DNA of 64,000 nucleotides from an uncultured Bacteroidota bacterium (GCA_902622575.1 CACNQJ010000001.1:10896-74895), one strand, 5' to 3'. Positions 19,157 through 29,409 are shown, numbered from the stretch's first letter. Made by a program: numbers and translations. The notes: generated from the sequence alone by a model not told the origin.

Positions 19157-20881
19157 ATGGCAGTAGCACAATTTAACGGATCAGAACTCAACCAAAAAAC
19201 AATTTTTGACCACCCAACGGGGCTATTTGTTTTGTTCTTCACAGAAATGTGGGAGCGATTCAGTTATTACGGTATGCGAGCAATTCTTGTACTTTTCCTA
19301 ACATCATCTATCATGAATGAAGGATGGGGATGGGAGAGAGAGGATGCATTAATTTTATATGGTTGGTATACAGGATTGGTTTATTTTACTCCACTGATTG
19401 GCGGAATATTGGCAGATAAATTTTTAGGTTATAGAAATGCCACTGTAATGGGAGCTTTTATAATGGCTTTAGGCCATGGTTCTATGGCTCTTGAATACTA
19501 TGCTGATGCTTTCTTCTTTCTTGGAATAGGTCTATTGATAATCGGAAACGGTTTATTTAAACCCAATATTTCTTCTATAGTTGGCCAATTATATAAGGAT
19601 GATGATATCAGAAAAGATGGAGCCTATACAATTTTTTATATGGGAATTAATGCTGGAGCTTTTCTAGGTATTTTACTATGTGGCTATCTAGGTGAAAAAG
19701 AAGGATGGCATTGGGGATTTGGATTAGCAGGAATTTTCATGTTCTTTGGTATGCTACAGTTTTATTTTGCCCAGAGTATATTTGGGTCAATAGGTTTAAA
19801 ACCTGATGTAAAGAAAGAAAGTTTTTCTGTTCTTGAATTTTTAATTGGTATTTGGAATTCTTTAAAATATGGTTTATCAAATATACCAAGAGTAGTATCT
19901 TTAATCTTGTCCTTGGTACTGATTGTAATTAGTATTACTTTCTTTGAATACATTGATACCATATTAATTTTTGCCTTAGTTTTTCTAGCTGTATTGGTCT
20001 TTGGCATTTCTTTTAAGAGAAATTTAACAGCGATTGAATGGGATAGAATAGTTGTAATTTTAGTTTTTTCTGCTGCTACCATATTCTTTTGGTGGGCATT
20101 TGAACAGGCAGGCGGATCAATGACAATTTTTGCTAATGATTACACTGAAAGAAATTTGACAGGTGATTCAGCAACTATTTTTAAAACCGTTAATACTATA
20201 ATAACAATTATTCCAATGGCTGTGATAACTTATGTTTTGTTTAAGTTGTTTCAAAATATTTTTCAAAAGTATTTTATTTCCAATTTTTTCCTTGGTTTGA
20301 GTTTCGTAATTATTTGGGGAATTGTTATATGGATGATTGACAATGAATTTAGTGAGGAAGCAACTGAAATTCCTGCATCTTGGTTTTCGGTTCTAAATTC
20401 TTTATTTATTATAATTTTTGCACCTGTTTTTTCCAAAATTTGGGCTTCAAAATATAATCCCTCTGGACCAGTTAAATTTTCAATTGGATTAATTCTTCTT
20501 GGTCTTGGTTTTGGGTTTTTAGCTTATGGTTCTATGTCCATACCTTATGGAGCTCAGACAGCAAGTGTAAGTATTTTTTGGTTAGTATTTGCTTATTTAT
20601 TTCATACCCTTGGTGAGCTCTGTGTGTCCCCAGTAGGTTTATCATATGTAAGTAAACTTGCACCTGTGAGGCTGGTTGGCTTAATGTTTGGTTTTTGGTT
20701 ACTTTCAAGTTTCTTTGCGAATTTATTTGGAGGTCTTACTGGAAGCTACATTGATGTTATTTCTGAACAAGCTGGTTTATCAGGTTTCTTTTTAATATTT
20801 GCAATTATACCTGTTGGAGCTGGAATTGTTATGTTTTTATTGAACGGAATTCTTAAGAGAAAAATGCATGGATTTAATTAG
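19157..20881 (+). CDS. Proton-dependent oligopeptide (POT/PTR2) transporter
   Basis: 574 aa with the POT signatures FFTEMWERFSYYGMRAIL and GGILADKFLGYR. Confidence 0.9.
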   Translation: MAVAQFNGSELNQKTIFDHPTGLFVLFFTEMWERFSYYGMRAILVLFLTSSIMNEGWGWEREDALILYGWYTGLVYFTPLIGGILADKFLGYRNATVMGAFIMALGHGSMALEYYADAFFFLGIGLLIIGNGLFKPNISSIVGQLYKDDDIRKDGAYTIFYMGINAGAFLGILLCGYLGEKEGWHWGFGLAGIFMFFGMLQFYFAQSIFGSIGLKPDVKKESFSVLEFLIGIWNSLKYGLSNIPRVVSLILSLVLIVISITFFEYIDTILIFALVFLAVLVFGISFKRNLTAIEWDRIVVILVFSAATIFFWWAFEQAGGSMTIFANDYTERNLTGDSATIFKTVNTIITIIPMAVITYVLFKLFQNIFQKYFISNFFLGLSFVIIWGIVIWMIDNEFSEEATEIPASWFSVLNSLFIIIFAPVFSKIWASKYNPSGPVKFSIGLILLGLGFGFLAYGSMSIPYGAQTASVSIFWLVFAYLFHTLGELCVSPVGLSYVSKLAPVRLVGLMFGFWLLSSFFANLFGGLTGSYIDVISEQAGLSGFFLIFAIIPVGAGIVMFLLNGILKRKMHGFN

Positions 20882-21407
20882 ATTATTATTCATCTTATTC
20901 TTTTTTGAGTTTTCCAATGCACAAGATGTAAATTGGATGACGATTGAAAAAGCACAAGAGCTGCAAAAAACCAATCCTAAAAATATTATCATGGATGTTT
21001 ATACAGATTGGTGTGGCCCATGTAAGTTGATGGATAAAAATACATTTCAAAATGAAGATGTAGCTAATTATTTAAATGAAAATTATTATGCTGTAAAGTT
21101 TAATGCCGAAGGAAATTCAATTATTAATTTTCAGGGTAAGGTTTATGAAAACCCAGGCTATAGAGAAACAAAATCTGCAAGGAATACCTCTCACAATTTT
21201 ACAAGATATTTAGGTGTGTATGGCTACCCAACAATAGTATTTTTTGATAAAAATGCTAATCCAATTGCACCTATAACTGGATATTTGACACCGAAACAAA
21301 TTGAAATTTATTTGAATTTATTCAAAGAGGAAGAATACTTAAAAATAAAATCTCAGGAGGATTTTAAAAGATTCTTGGATGATTTTGAAAGTAAATTTGA
21401 AGGATAA
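20868..21407 (+). CDS. Secreted thioredoxin-fold protein
   Basis: 179 aa with a signal peptide and a WCGPC active-site motif in MDVYTDWCGPCKLMD. Confidence 0.75.
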   Translation: MDLIRLLFILFFFEFSNAQDVNWMTIEKAQELQKTNPKNIIMDVYTDWCGPCKLMDKNTFQNEDVANYLNENYYAVKFNAEGNSIINFQGKVYENPGYRETKSARNTSHNFTRYLGVYGYPTIVFFDKNANPIAPITGYLTPKQIEIYLNLFKEEEYLKIKSQEDFKRFLDDFESKFEG

Positions 21408-22154
21408 TTATTTTTTATTTGCCTTTTCAATGTAAAGATATAAAGCTCTTGACATTGAAGGTATCTTATTAAGAGGAGCTTCAATATCAATTCTTAGATT
21501 AGCATTTTTGGCAGCATTTGCTGTGTTCTTTCCAAAAACAGCAATTCTTGTATCATTTTGTTTAAAGTCAGGAAAGTTGGACAACAATGACTCAATTCCT
21601 GAGGGACTGAAGAACACTAGGATATCATAATAAACATTTTTTAAATCTGATAAATCACTTACAACAGTTTTATAAAAAATGCCTTTGGTCCATTTAACTT
21701 CTAATTCATTAAGTTTACTTTCAATTCGTGGTGATAAAACATCTGAACCAGGTAGTAAATAATTTTCTTCATTATATTTTAATATAATTTCTGATAATTC
21801 ATCAAAGGTTCTTCCTCCAACATATATTTTTCTTTTTCTGTAAACAACATATTTTTGAAGATAAAATGCAACAGCTTCTGAGAGGCAGAAATATTTTAAT
21901 GCATTTGGAATTGGGTATCTCATTTCCTCTGCAATCCTAAAAAAATGATCAACAGAATTCCTACTTGTTAAAATAATAGCAGAATATTTAGATAAATCTA
22001 TTTTTTGTTGTCTAACTTCCCTGCTAGTTTTTCCTTCAATATGTATAAATGGCCTGAAATCTACTTTAAGTTTAAACTTTTTTATAAGCTCAACATATGG
22101 TGAGTTTTTAATTTCTGGCTTGGGTTGTGAAATTAGAATTGATTTTACTTTCAT
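21408..22154 (-). CDS. hemD: Uroporphyrinogen-III synthase
   Basis: HemD-like N-terminus MKVKSILISQPKP, plus IILTSRNSVDHFF and VFFSPSGIESL. I chose the ATG at 22154 because the track's TTG at 22181 lies inside a promoter box. Confidence 0.75.
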   Translation of the reverse strand: MKVKSILISQPKPEIKNSPYVELIKKFKLKVDFRPFIHIEGKTSREVRQQKIDLSKYSAIILTSRNSVDHFFRIAEEMRYPIPNALKYFCLSEAVAFYLQKYVVYRKRKIYVGGRTFDELSEIILKYNEENYLLPGSDVLSPRIESKLNELEVKWTKGIFYKTVVSDLSDLKNVYYDILVFFSPSGIESLLSNFPDFKQNDTRIAVFGKNTANAAKNANLRIDIEAPLNKIPSMSRALYLYIEKANKK

Positions 22155-22178
22155 ATCCAAAAAAAAGATTTGGGTCTG

Positions 22179-22186
22179 CAAAAATA
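22179..22186 (-). promoter_or_regulatory. TAnnTTTG -7 box (TATTTTTG) for hemD
   Basis: Exact consensus match on the minus strand, 24 nt upstream of the ATG at 22154. Confidence 0.45.
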
Positions 22187-22251
22187 CAAATTCATTTAAA
22201 ACCTAACCCATTAAAGTTCAATAGATTTATTTAGCTAATAAAAATTATGTC

Positions 22252-22259
22252 TAATTTTG
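22252..22259 (+). promoter_or_regulatory. TAnnTTTG -7 box (TAATTTTG) for the GT2 gene
   Basis: Exact match with only 4 nt before the GTG at 22264, which predicts a leaderless or near-leaderless transcript. Confidence 0.4.
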
Positions 22260-22263
22260 CTTC

Positions 22264-23001
22264 GTGTTTGAAAGAAATTCACTTGTAATTATCCCTACCT
22301 ACAATGAGTCAGAAAATATTATCGATATTATTGATGAAATTTTTTTACTAGATGATAATTTTAATATCCTAGTTGTTGATGACAATTCTCCCGATAAAAC
22401 TGCTAATCTTGTTAAAGAGAAAATTAAATCAAATAAAGAAAGACTTTTTATTATTGAAAGGGAAAAAAAAATGGGTATAGGTCCTGCGTATATTGATGGA
22501 TTTGAATGGGCATTAAAAAATAATTACGAAAACATTTATGAAATGGATGCTGATTTTTCTCACAACCCTTTAGATTTATCGAGGATGAAGGTTTTTTTAA
22601 TAAAAGATGGTGTTGATGTTGTTATAGGATCAAGGTATAAGACAGGTGTGAATGTTGTCAATTGGCCAATTCAGCGTGTATTAATTTCATATTTTGCTTC
22701 ATGGTATGCACGGATTATTACAGGAACACCAATTATGGATTTAACATCAGGATTTGTGGGATATAAATCTGATGTAGTAAGAGATATTTTAAAAGAGGGT
22801 ATAAAATTTAAGGGTTATGCATTTCAGATTGAGATGAAGTTTAAGGCTCACAATATGAATTATCATTTATATGAAATCCCAATTATTTTTACAGATAGGG
22901 TGAGGGGAGATTCAAAACTCAATTTATCCATTATATCTGAAGCTATATTTGGTTTAATTTCTATGAAATTGAAACATTTTTTTTTAAAAATTTTTAGATG
23001 A
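22264..23001 (+). CDS. GT2 polyprenol-phosphate mannosyltransferase-like glycosyltransferase
   Basis: 245 aa with LVIIPTYNESENI, VVDDNSPD, EMDADFSH and GSRY, typical of the Dpm1-like GT2 family. Confidence 0.85.
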   Translation: MFERNSLVIIPTYNESENIIDIIDEIFLLDDNFNILVVDDNSPDKTANLVKEKIKSNKERLFIIEREKKMGIGPAYIDGFEWALKNNYENIYEMDADFSHNPLDLSRMKVFLIKDGVDVVIGSRYKTGVNVVNWPIQRVLISYFASWYARIITGTPIMDLTSGFVGYKSDVVRDILKEGIKFKGYAFQIEMKFKAHNMNYHLYEIPIIFTDRVRGDSKLNLSIISEAIFGLISMKLKHFFLKIFR

Positions 23002-24332
23002 AAACATTAATTAAAAATGCAAATATTGTTAACGAAGGAAAAATCTTTAAAAGTGATCTAGTAATTTGTGATGATATAATTGAAGAAATTTCTGAAGATA
23101 TAAATCCCAATAACTTTGAACATGTAATAGATGTTTCTGGATGTTTTTTAATTCCAGGCCTAATTGATGATCAAGTTCATTTCCGAGAACCTGGCTTAAC
23201 TCACAAGGGAACAATTTATTCTGAATCAAAAGCTGCTGTTGCAGGTGGTGTTACGTCGTATTTTGAGATGCCCAATACGATTCCTCAAACTACTACGATA
23301 AAAGAACTCAATAATAAATTTGATATAGCAAGTAAGAACTCTTTTTCAAATTATTCTTTCATGTTTGGAGGTACCAATAAAAATTTAGAAGAGATAAAGA
23401 AATTAGACTTTTCTGAGATTCCAGCAATAAAATTATTCCTAGGTTCATCAACAGGAAACATGTTAGTAGATGATTATGATGTAATTGAGGAGATATTTAA
23501 ATACGCTAAAGTACCCGTAGTTGTTCACAGTGAGGATGAAGAAATTATTCAAAATAATTTAAAAGAATATAAAAAAAGGTATGGTGATGACATTCCATTT
23601 GAATATCATTCAAAAATAAGGTCCGAGGAATCATGTCTAAAATCAACAAAAAGAATTATAGATTTAGCAAAAAAAACAAATTCTAGATTACATGTTTTTC
23701 ATCTATCAACAAAGGTTGAGTCAGAACTTTTTCAAAATGATCAACCGCTTGATAAAAAAAATATTACAAGCGAAGTTTGTATTCACCACTTGTCTTTTGA
23801 CGAGAGTGATTATCAGATGAAAAAAGGATTTATAAAGTGGAACCCCTCTGTAAAAACTAAAATGGATAAAAATGGTTTGTGGAAGTCTTTAAATGATGAC
23901 AGAATTGATGTAATAGCAACGGATCATGCACCACACACTTTTGATGAAAAAAATAATAATTATATAAAATGCCCATCAGGTGGACCCATGGTACAACATT
24001 CACTAAATGCAATGTTCGAGCACTACCTAAGTAACAGGATTTCTCTTGAAAAAGTTGTACAAAAAATGTGTCATAATCCTGCTAAACTTTTTAATGTAAA
24101 AAATAGAGGATTTATAAGAAAAAATTATTGTGCAGATTTAGTTGTATTAGATCCAAACCAAAATTATACGGTAGATAAAAATAATATACTATATAAGTGC
24201 GGGTGGTCTCCATTTGAGGGAACAACTTTCAACTCAGTTATTACCCATACCTTTGTCAATGGAAATTTGGTTTATCACAATGGTAAGATTGATGAATCTG
24301 CAAGGGGTGTTAAAATAGTTTTCAATAAATGA
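22998..24332 (+). CDS. pyrC: Dihydroorotase (amidohydrolase, long type)
   Basis: 444 aa with PGLIDDQVHFREPG, KAAVAGGVTS and IATDHAPH. Confidence 0.85.
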   Translation: MKTLIKNANIVNEGKIFKSDLVICDDIIEEISEDINPNNFEHVIDVSGCFLIPGLIDDQVHFREPGLTHKGTIYSESKAAVAGGVTSYFEMPNTIPQTTTIKELNNKFDIASKNSFSNYSFMFGGTNKNLEEIKKLDFSEIPAIKLFLGSSTGNMLVDDYDVIEEIFKYAKVPVVVHSEDEEIIQNNLKEYKKRYGDDIPFEYHSKIRSEESCLKSTKRIIDLAKKTNSRLHVFHLSTKVESELFQNDQPLDKKNITSEVCIHHLSFDESDYQMKKGFIKWNPSVKTKMDKNGLWKSLNDDRIDVIATDHAPHTFDEKNNNYIKCPSGGPMVQHSLNAMFEHYLSNRISLEKVVQKMCHNPAKLFNVKNRGFIRKNYCADLVVLDPNQNYTVDKNNILYKCGWSPFEGTTFNSVITHTFVNGNLVYHNGKIDESARGVKIVFNK

Positions 24333-24661
24333 AATATTTTTTTATAATTATTATAATTCTAGTTTCATGTGGGAGTAGCGAAAAACCACCTGAAAATATA
24401 ATGACAAAAGATCAAATGATAGAGTTTTTATTTGATGTTAATCTCATAAATTCTAGCAGAGGGTTTGTAAGTAAATCAGACAACAATTACTTCATGGTTA
24501 GAGATACAATGTTATTTAGAAAACATACTATTGATTGTTTAAAATTTGTAAGAAGTAATAATTTCTATACTAAAAATCCAAAGTTATACATGGAAATCTA
24601 TGAAGGAATTGATAAAAAAATTAAAGCCATTAAAGATTCCTTAAATAATGTTAAGAACTAA
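24329..24661 (+). CDS. DUF4296-like lipoprotein
   Basis: 110 aa with leader ...ILVSCGS followed by KPPENIMTKDQMIEFLFDVNLINS. The ATGA overlaps the pyrC stop. Confidence 0.6.
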   Translation: MKYFFIIIIILVSCGSSEKPPENIMTKDQMIEFLFDVNLINSSRGFVSKSDNNYFMVRDTMLFRKHTIDCLKFVRSNNFYTKNPKLYMEIYEGIDKKIKAIKDSLNNVKN

Positions 24662-24666
24662 TTAGA

Positions 24667-24674
24667 TATCTTTG
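24667..24674 (+). promoter_or_regulatory. TAnnTTTG -7 box (TATCTTTG) for tyrS
   Basis: Exact match with 5 nt before the ATG at 24680, which predicts a leaderless tyrS mRNA. Confidence 0.45.
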
Positions 24675-24679
24675 TAATA

Positions 24680-25978
24680 ATGCCAAAAAATTTTAAAAAA
24701 GAATTAGAGTGGAGAGGATTAATTCAAGATGTAACTAATGGATTTGAGGACGAAATAAGTAAAAAATCTGTATCTGCATATATTGGATTTGATCCAACGT
24801 CTGATTCATTACACATTGGTAGTCTTGTACAATTAATTATTTTGAGACATTTTCAATTGTGTGGTCATAAACCTATAGTTTTGATTGGTGGTGCTACTGG
24901 CATGATAGGTGATCCATCCGGTAAATCAAAGGAGAGAAACTTGCTCAGTGCTGAAGTTATTGAAAAAAATATTTTATCCCTCAAAACTCAATTCTCAAAG
25001 TTTTTAGATTTTGATGAAAAAAAACCTAATGCAGCAGTTTTGGTTAATAATTATGATTGGAATAGTAAGTTAAATATTATAGACTTTTTCAGAGATTTTG
25101 GTAAACTTTTAACTGTTAATTATATGATGTCTAAAGATTCAGTTAAAAAAAGACTTTCCTCAACTGATGCTAGTGATGGAATGTCATTTACAGAATTTAC
25201 ATATCAGTTATTTCAGTCCTATGATTTTTATTACTTGAAGGAAAATTATAATTGTTCCATTCAAATGGGTGGAAGTGATCAGTGGGGTAATATAACATCT
25301 GGTATAGAACTTATTCGGAAGAAAAACGGCAAAAAAGCATATGCCCTTACTTGTCCATTAATTACAAAATCAGATGGTTCAAAATTTGGAAAAACGGAAG
25401 AGGGCAATGTTTGGTTGGACAGAAACAAGACATCACCATATAAGTTTTACCAGTATTGGATGAATTCGTCTGATGAAGACTCAAATAAGTATATTAAAGT
25501 TTTCACTTTTGCAGAAAAAGAGTTTATAGAAAAAATTACAGACGATCATAAAAAGGAACCTCATTTAAGGAAACTTCAAAAATATATAGCTGAAGAGATC
25601 ACAAAGATGGTTCACTCAGAACAAGATCTGAATAATGTTAAAAATGCGTCCTCTATTTTATTTGGAAAAAACACAAAAGAAGATTTATCCAATATTGATG
25701 AAAATACTTTTTTGGATATTTTTAACGGAGTTCCAAACAAAAAATTAAAAAAATTTGATCTTGATGAATGCGAACTGGTTGAAGATTTATTAATGAAAAC
25801 AAACTTCTTTAAATCCAATTCCGAAATAAGAAGGTTAATTAATCAAAACTCTATTTCCGTTAATAAGAATAAGATTGATTCGGTATCAAAAATCACCAAC
25901 ATCAATCTAATTAACGATAAGTATATTCTTATTCAAAAGGGAAAGAAGAACTATTATTTAATTAGTATAATCAGTTAG
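24680..25978 (+). CDS. tyrS: Tyrosine--tRNA ligase
   Basis: 432 aa with the class I motifs HIGS (SLHIGSL) and KFGKT (KMSKS equivalent), GGSDQWGNI, and a C-terminal S4-like domain. Confidence 0.95.
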   Translation: MPKNFKKELEWRGLIQDVTNGFEDEISKKSVSAYIGFDPTSDSLHIGSLVQLIILRHFQLCGHKPIVLIGGATGMIGDPSGKSKERNLLSAEVIEKNILSLKTQFSKFLDFDEKKPNAAVLVNNYDWNSKLNIIDFFRDFGKLLTVNYMMSKDSVKKRLSSTDASDGMSFTEFTYQLFQSYDFYYLKENYNCSIQMGGSDQWGNITSGIELIRKKNGKKAYALTCPLITKSDGSKFGKTEEGNVWLDRNKTSPYKFYQYWMNSSDEDSNKYIKVFTFAEKEFIEKITDDHKKEPHLRKLQKYIAEEITKMVHSEQDLNNVKNASSILFGKNTKEDLSNIDENTFLDIFNGVPNKKLKKFDLDECELVEDLLMKTNFFKSNSEIRRLINQNSISVNKNKIDSVSKITNINLINDKYILIQKGKKNYYLISIIS

Positions 25979-26929
25979 CATCAAGTTGCATCCTCTTAAA
26001 TCTGATTCAGATCCTCTCCCTAATATTTTAAAATCACCATTTTCAAATACCTCACCAAAGTCCTCAGTTGAAATGAACGGGCATGAGTATTTATTTGCTA
26101 AGTCAATTATGTTCAAAAATCCCCTTCCTGATCTGTGAACTTTAAATGGATCATTAAAATCTCTAATTAAAACTTTTTTCCATGGTGGTGGGCTAAAAAC
26201 TTGGTTTTTTATAGAATAACTCTGCGATAATAATTCAGTCATTGCATATTCTGAATGAACATTTGGAGTGTTAAATCCATCTGAAATAATTTTATGTAAC
26301 GCTTCCTTTTCTATTTCATCTCTCAAACCTTTCATACCTCCAGTTTCTATAATTATTGATTTTCTGAGATTATAATTTTTTTCCTCCAGCAAATCAAGAA
26401 TTGCATAAGATAGTCCATAAATAATGTATCTTCTATTTTGTTTTTCAAGTTCAAGTGTTAATTTGTCAAATTCATTAATATCTCTCAAAAATTGACTTTC
26501 TTTTTTATTTGATTTTTTAATTAATTCATTAATCATATATATTAGTGACGAACCAGTTTTTGAATTATAATGAGGTGTTACACCAATTATCACAAAATTT
26601 GAAATTCTACCATAAATTCTTTCGAAACATTTCTCTATACTTTTATTATAAATTTCAAGACTGTGTATAAAGTGACTACTCTTTGCCCCACCTGTTCCAC
26701 TGCTTTTGAATATTTTTTGGTGTGAAATTTTATTAATACAAATTTTATTTTTTTTAAAAAAAACAATGGGAATAAATGGAATTTTATTAATGCAGTCAAT
26801 ATTAGTTCTATTTACATTTGTCGAACTGCAAAATTTTCGATAATTTTTATTTTGATCATAATGAAAATTGAATAATTTTAAAGAATACTCTTTAAATGAT
26901 TTTTCTGTTTTTACTTTTAAAAAATCCAT
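25958..26929 (-). CDS. LuxE/PaaK-like acyl-protein synthetase / adenylate-forming enzyme
   Basis: 323 aa with the SSGTGGAKS adenylation-type motif, ETGGMKG and the C-terminal LGRGSESDLRGCNLM. It is a family conserved in flavobacteria. Confidence 0.65.
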   Translation of the reverse strand: MDFLKVKTEKSFKEYSLKLFNFHYDQNKNYRKFCSSTNVNRTNIDCINKIPFIPIVFFKKNKICINKISHQKIFKSSGTGGAKSSHFIHSLEIYNKSIEKCFERIYGRISNFVIIGVTPHYNSKTGSSLIYMINELIKKSNKKESQFLRDINEFDKLTLELEKQNRRYIIYGLSYAILDLLEEKNYNLRKSIIIETGGMKGLRDEIEKEALHKIISDGFNTPNVHSEYAMTELLSQSYSIKNQVFSPPPWKKVLIRDFNDPFKVHRSGRGFLNIIDLANKYSCPFISTEDFGEVFENGDFKILGRGSESDLRGCNLMLTDYTN

Positions 26930-27021
26930 CTTTAATTAAACTAAACTTAAATTGTAGACAATAAATGTAATATCGTAAATTATAATGAAAAATTCAGCTA
27001 CTGTTGAAAAATCAAAATAGT

Positions 27022-27029
27022 TATTTTTG
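27022..27029 (+). promoter_or_regulatory. TAnnTTTG -7 box (TATTTTTG) for trmB
   Basis: Exact match that overlaps the track's TTG at 27027 and lies 15 nt upstream of the TTG at 27045. Confidence 0.45.
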
Positions 27030-27044
27030 TTTAAAACATTTTTT

Positions 27045-27713
27045 TTGGGAAGTAAAAACAAACTTAAAAGATTCAAGGAAAATTTAAATTTTAAAAATTT
27101 ATTTCAACCTAGTCGAGGAAATCTAATTGAAAATCATTTTGAGTTAAAGGGTAAATGGAACTCTTTTTTTAAAAATGATAATCCAATTGTATTAGAACTT
27201 GGTTGTGGAAAGGGTGAATACACAACTGAATTAGCAAAATCTAACCCCAAAAATAATTATATAGGTATTGACATTAAAGGAGCTAGAATATGGAAGGGAG
27301 CAAAAGAATCCAACCTTTTCGGTTTAGATAACGTTGCATTCGTAAGAACCCAAATTGAACTAATTGATAAAATTTTTTTTGAAAATGAAGTTTCGGAAAT
27401 ATGGATTACATTTCCTGATCCTCAAATAAAAATTCAAAGAAAAAAACACAGGTTGATAAATTCTTCATTTTTGTCACTATATAAAAAAATTTTAAAAAAA
27501 GGAGGACTAATTAACTTAAAAACAGACAGTGAGTATTTGCATGGCTACACATTAGGCTTAATTGAGGCTATGGGTATAGAACCAATTTTCTCAAACCATG
27601 ATATATATTCAAACAATAATGCCCCTAGCGAAGTATTGGAAATAAAGACTTTTTATGAAAAAAAGTTTATTGACTCAAAAAAAATAACTTTTTTGAAATT
27701 TAAATTTGACTAA
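27045..27713 (+). CDS. trmB: tRNA (guanine46-N7)-methyltransferase
   Basis: Motifs are LELGCGKGEYT, WITFPDPQ and KTDS. I prefer the TTG at 27045 (GSKNKLKRF, a typical TrmB N-terminus) over the TTG at 27027, which lies in the promoter box. Confidence 0.8.
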   Translation: MGSKNKLKRFKENLNFKNLFQPSRGNLIENHFELKGKWNSFFKNDNPIVLELGCGKGEYTTELAKSNPKNNYIGIDIKGARIWKGAKESNLFGLDNVAFVRTQIELIDKIFFENEVSEIWITFPDPQIKIQRKKHRLINSSFLSLYKKILKKGGLINLKTDSEYLHGYTLGLIEAMGIEPIFSNHDIYSNNNAPSEVLEIKTFYEKKFIDSKKITFLKFKFD

Positions 27714-28038
27714 TATGTCTACTAATTTTTTTGGTCAAGTATATGAAGTTGTAAAAAAAATACCCTTTGGAAAGGTAACCACTTATGGTGCAATTGCAAC
27801 CTACCTTGGTTCGGGAGCAAGTGCCAGAACTGTTGGTTGGGCAATGAACAATTCACATCAGTATAGTAATATACCTGCACACAGAGTAGTAAATAGAAAT
27901 GGTCTTTTGACCGGTAAGCACCATTTTTCTGGCACTAATTTAATGCAACAATTACTAGAAAGCGAAGGTCTCAAAATTGAAGATGATAAAATTATCAATT
28001 TTGAAAAACATCTTTGGGATCCCAATAAAACTACATAA
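27706..28038 (+). CDS. Alkyltransferase-like (ATL) protein: MGMT DNA-binding domain with the active-site Cys replaced by Ala
   Basis: 110 aa with VPFGKVTTYGAIA. The motif IPAHRVV occupies the place of PCHRV (Ala codon gca at 27877-27879). Confidence 0.8.
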   Translation: MTNMSTNFFGQVYEVVKKIPFGKVTTYGAIATYLGSGASARTVGWAMNNSHQYSNIPAHRVVNRNGLLTGKHHFSGTNLMQQLLESEGLKIEDDKIINFEKHLWDPNKTT

Positions 28039-28053
28039 ATACATACTTAATCA

Positions 28054-28061
28054 TATATTTG
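28054..28061 (+). promoter_or_regulatory. TAnnTTTG -7 box (TATATTTG) for the Mrp/NifU/FNR operon
   Basis: Exact match 14 nt upstream of the GTG at 28076. Confidence 0.45.
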
Positions 28062-28075
28062 CATTTTAAATAAAA

Positions 28076-29173
28076 GTGGATAATTCAGTGTTCAATAAAG
28101 AAAAAATTTTAAATATTTTGAAGGGTATTTTAGAAGATGATCAGATTGTTAATATAAATAATTTCTCTCAAGAGATTCTAATTGACATAATACCACCCAA
28201 TCCAACTCACAAAGCAAAAACAGAATTATCCAATAAAATAATTGAATTATTGAGGTCAGGGTATAGCTCTGATTTTAACTATAAAATTGATTTTAAGCCA
28301 ATACCAAAAAATATTGAATCTGATCAATTAAAAAATCTATCAAATATTAAAAATATAATTGCAATTTCATCTGCTAAAGGAGGTGTTGGCAAGTCAACGA
28401 TTACCTCTAACATAGCAGTTACACTTTGTAATATGGGCTTCAAGGTAGGAATTTTGGATGCGGATATTTACGGCCCCTCTATGCACATTATGTTTGATCT
28501 TGTTGGTAGAAAACCTCTAGCAGTTGATGTTAATGGAAAATCAAAAATGAAGCCTCTGGAAAGCTTTGGTATTAAAGTTCTGTCAATCGGGTTTTTTACC
28601 AAAATGGATCAAGCTGTAATATGGAGAGGTCCAATGGCCACAAAGGCCCTAAATCAATTAATATTTGATGCTGAGTGGGGAGATCTAGATTTTATGCTAA
28701 TTGACTTACCACCAGGAACAGGAGATATTCATTTGAGTATAATGCAAAAAATCTCAGTCAATGGAGCCGTAGTCGTTAGCACACCACAGATTGTTGCTTT
28801 AGCTGATGCACGTAAGGGAGTTTCAATGTATAGACAAGAAAATATTAATATTCCAATTCTTGGAATAGTAGAAAATATGTCATATTACATACCAGATTCG
28901 AAAACTCAAGAAAAACATTATATATTTGGGAAAGACGGAGCTAAAAATATGGCTTTGGATTTTGATATACCTTTTCTTGGTGAAGTACCTATTTTGCAGG
29001 GACTTAGAGAAGCTGGTGATGTTGGAAGGCCAGGCGCTTTACAGGAAGATGATAATGTTAGACAAATTTTCTCTGAGATGACAAAAAAGTTGGTTCAGTT
29101 CTTGCTAGAAAGGAATAAAAATCTGCCACCAACTGAGATTTTAAAAATAAAAACTATGGCAGGTTGCTCTTAA
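28076..29173 (+). CDS. Mrp/NBP35/ApbC-family Fe-S cluster carrier ATPase
   Basis: 365 aa with the deviant Walker A SAKGGVGKST, IDLPPGTGD and GIVENMSY. Confidence 0.9.
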   Translation: MDNSVFNKEKILNILKGILEDDQIVNINNFSQEILIDIIPPNPTHKAKTELSNKIIELLRSGYSSDFNYKIDFKPIPKNIESDQLKNLSNIKNIIAISSAKGGVGKSTITSNIAVTLCNMGFKVGILDADIYGPSMHIMFDLVGRKPLAVDVNGKSKMKPLESFGIKVLSIGFFTKMDQAVIWRGPMATKALNQLIFDAEWGDLDFMLIDLPPGTGDIHLSIMQKISVNGAVVVSTPQIVALADARKGVSMYRQENINIPILGIVENMSYYIPDSKTQEKHYIFGKDGAKNMALDFDIPFLGEVPILQGLREAGDVGRPGALQEDDNVRQIFSEMTKKLVQFLLERNKNLPPTEILKIKTMAGCS

Positions 29174-29175
29174 TT

Positions 29176-29409
29176 ATGGAAACTAAAATAATAAATAACA
29201 TAGAAAAAGCTTTAGATGAAATTAGACCCTTTCTACAGTCGGATGGTGGAAATATTGAATTAGTAAATTACGAAAATGACATTGTTAGGGTTAGACTTTT
29301 GGGTAATTGCATTGATTGCAGTGTCAATCAAATGACCCTAAAAAATGGTGTTGAGATGACAATAAAAAAACATGTTCCATCAATTAAAAAAGTCGTTAGC
29401 GTAGAATGA
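29176..29409 (+). CDS. NifU/Nfu-like Fe-S scaffold domain protein
   Basis: It has IRPFLQSDGGNIELV and the CxxC pair in GNCIDCSVNQMTLKNGVE. I prefer the ATG at 29176, just after the mrp stop, over the TTG at 29164. Confidence 0.8.
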   Translation: METKIINNIEKALDEIRPFLQSDGGNIELVNYENDIVRVRLLGNCIDCSVNQMTLKNGVEMTIKKHVPSIKKVVSVE

